From: an uncultured Gammaproteobacteria bacterium
GTDB taxonomy: Bacteria > Patescibacteriota > Patescibacteriia > UBA10025 > JAHIVO01
DNA length: 64,000 nt
Assembly: GCA_964628855.1 (NCBI GenBank)
Contig: CAZVMV010000005.1
Coordinates: 3,228 to 67,227 of the forward strand
Direction: 5' to 3'
Position 1 is the stretch's first letter. Each line of letters starts with the position of its first letter. Below the pieces are notes generated by a model that worked only from the letters and a program-made list of their open reading frames with translations, searched no databases and was not told the DNA's origin. Below are positions 62,637 through 64,000 of the stretch, piece by piece. Both the position numbers and the translations under genes were made by a program.

Positions 62637-63074
62637 TTAATTGATATTTATTAAAATGACTATAATCAGGCTGATATAAACGATTTGTGTCAATAAGCCC
62701 AGGATTCGTTCGTCGTGCACCTGCAAGCGGCCGTGCCAGTCGTTGAATTTCGAGAATATGGCTTTCAGACCTGGGACATAATTTGCCAGAGTGAGAGCAT
62801 CAGGCAATGAGGCAAAAAAAGCCCCTAGCACGATATTCAGCCATTGGTCAGGATAACCGTACAGGAAGACGATAAAAATGACAGCCGCAGCAGCGAGGTC
62901 AGGCATGATTCGCAAAAATTCGCGGGGATCGAATCGTTTGGGTATTTCATAGCTCCAATGAGGTATCCAATCAAGAATAAAATGCGACCCAAAAGCCAAA
63001 ATGCATACTAGCCATGGGTTGGCGATTTTTTCGCCCAATATCGCACCAGTAGTGACATGAGCCAATAAAAGCAT
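62637..63074 (-). CDS. Membrane-bound metal-dependent hydrolase-like protein (DUF457/YdjM-like)
   Basis: Motifs MLLLAHVTTGAILG and HFILDWIPHW are present, with 4 TM helices. Confidence 0.55.
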   Translation of the reverse strand: MLLLAHVTTGAILGEKIANPWLVCILAFGSHFILDWIPHWSYEIPKRFDPREFLRIMPDLAAAAVIFIVFLYGYPDQWLNIVLGAFFASLPDALTLANYVPGLKAIFSKFNDWHGRLQVHDERILGLLTQIVYISLIIVILININ

Positions 63075-63083
63075 AGAGTTATG

Positions 63084-63929
63084 TTATTTCATGTAGACGC
63101 GGTCGCCGATTCTGAGATCGACGTATTCTTTTGGTTTAGTATCCTTAATTTTTGTATTGAGGACGCCGCGAAGTTTTTCCATCTGAGTGTCGAGGCTGAT
63201 TGACGAGTCAAAATATATTACATATCCGGCTTCAGTTTTTGCATTTACCTGCGTGCTGAGTCTATGCGGTACGGAATAAGACTGGATGGAAATTCCAGTC
63301 AACTGTGATAGCTGGGAAGTTAATGAGGTTATGAAGGTAATTTTGTCAGGTGTTATTATTGCTCCATTTTGTGGCGGCGCCTCGTTTGAATCGTCAAATA
63401 TTCGCGGCAAAGATGCCGTGGCCTCCGGATTACTGACTTGCGTGGAAAGTGAGCCGGTCTCATCCACATAATAATAGGCATCACTTGTGACCCAGACCAG
63501 GACTGGCGCTTTCATGTGGATGGTGACTTCTAGGGTGTGTAATAATTTTTTCTTTATGGAAACGTCAGAGAGACTATATTTTGATTCTAGGTTATCATTT
63601 AGCCATGACTTGCTGAATAGCAGAAGATTGTTTTGTCTGAATATAAACCATTTCCTTTGAGACATCTGCCAGGATATGAATTGTTCGCCGATGATTTTTG
63701 CCGTGGTAGGATTGGTGCCGTCAATTTTAATTGTGTAAATACTGAAAAGTGGCGAATAAAAAATTACATATAAAATCAGCAATAGGGTTAAAAGTGACAA
63801 CCAGCCGATTGAACCTAAGTGGGATATGACATACGATTGCCAGTTTGCTTTCGCATAAAGCGGGTTTTTGTAGGTTGGTTCGGTATCCGGGCTTCGGTCT
63901 ATTTTATTGCGGCGAAAATTCCAGCGCAT
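63084..63929 (-). CDS. ftsQ: FtsQ/DivIB-like cell-division protein (TM + POTRA)
   Basis: It has a single TM helix (WLSLLTLLLILYVIFY). This is followed by IYTIKIDGTNPTTAKIIGEQF and the beta-rich domain typical of FtsQ. Confidence 0.6.
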   Translation of the reverse strand: MRWNFRRNKIDRSPDTEPTYKNPLYAKANWQSYVISHLGSIGWLSLLTLLLILYVIFYSPLFSIYTIKIDGTNPTTAKIIGEQFISWQMSQRKWFIFRQNNLLLFSKSWLNDNLESKYSLSDVSIKKKLLHTLEVTIHMKAPVLVWVTSDAYYYVDETGSLSTQVSNPEATASLPRIFDDSNEAPPQNGAIITPDKITFITSLTSQLSQLTGISIQSYSVPHRLSTQVNAKTEAGYVIYFDSSISLDTQMEKLRGVLNTKIKDTKPKEYVDLRIGDRVYMK

Positions 63930-64000
63930 GAAATAAAATTGTTTTAGTAATATATTCTGGCAATTTGCGGGTTTATTCTTGTGACGACCTCATAGTTGAT

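Noticed and set aside
1-64000. A search for CRISPR arrays, rRNA genes, IS/transposase genes and long direct or inverted repeats.
   Set aside because: No regularly spaced repeats, rRNA-like segments or DDE/transposase motifs were seen by eye. The only recombinase is the Xer-like gene at 51736..52674. A computational repeat search could still reveal short att-type repeats that I missed.

Overview
The window is a densely coded bacterial segment (about 85 CDS, one tRNA, no rRNA, CRISPR array or transposase seen). Its gene content suggests a small-genome, CPR/Patescibacteria-like organism, which is an inference only. The supporting content is a compact non-oxidative pentose-phosphate operon, a T4SS-pilin-like miniprotein, many small membrane orphans and large repeat-rich surface proteins. 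Recognisable housekeeping genes are ftsE/ftsX, tRNA-Gln(UUG), queH, rpiB-rpe-tal-tkt, def-fmt, priA, rlmH, dinB, gltX, an HU protein, a Xer-type recombinase and an ftsQ-like gene. Most noteworthy: (1) A 1759-aa membrane-anchored alpha-2-macroglobulin-like protein carries a ~129-aa Hint (intein/BIL-type) domain at the position of the bait region. The residue after its terminal HN is Glu, and the thioester motif is lost. (2) A 940-aa surface protein has four thrombospondin-type-1-like six-Cys repeats plus TSP3-like Ca-binding motifs, and it abuts an orphan histidine kinase. (3) A 1.2-kb gene-free region holds a ~300-nt structured RNA with RNase P-like blocks, but its strand signals conflict. (4) An AMMECR1 / LigB-Memo-superfamily / radical-SAM cluster is split by unrelated genes. 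(5) priA has degenerate Walker A and B motifs. (6) A palindromic pair of back-to-back promoters drives two orphan miniproteins. All calls come from reading the sequence and from remembered family motifs; no searches were run.
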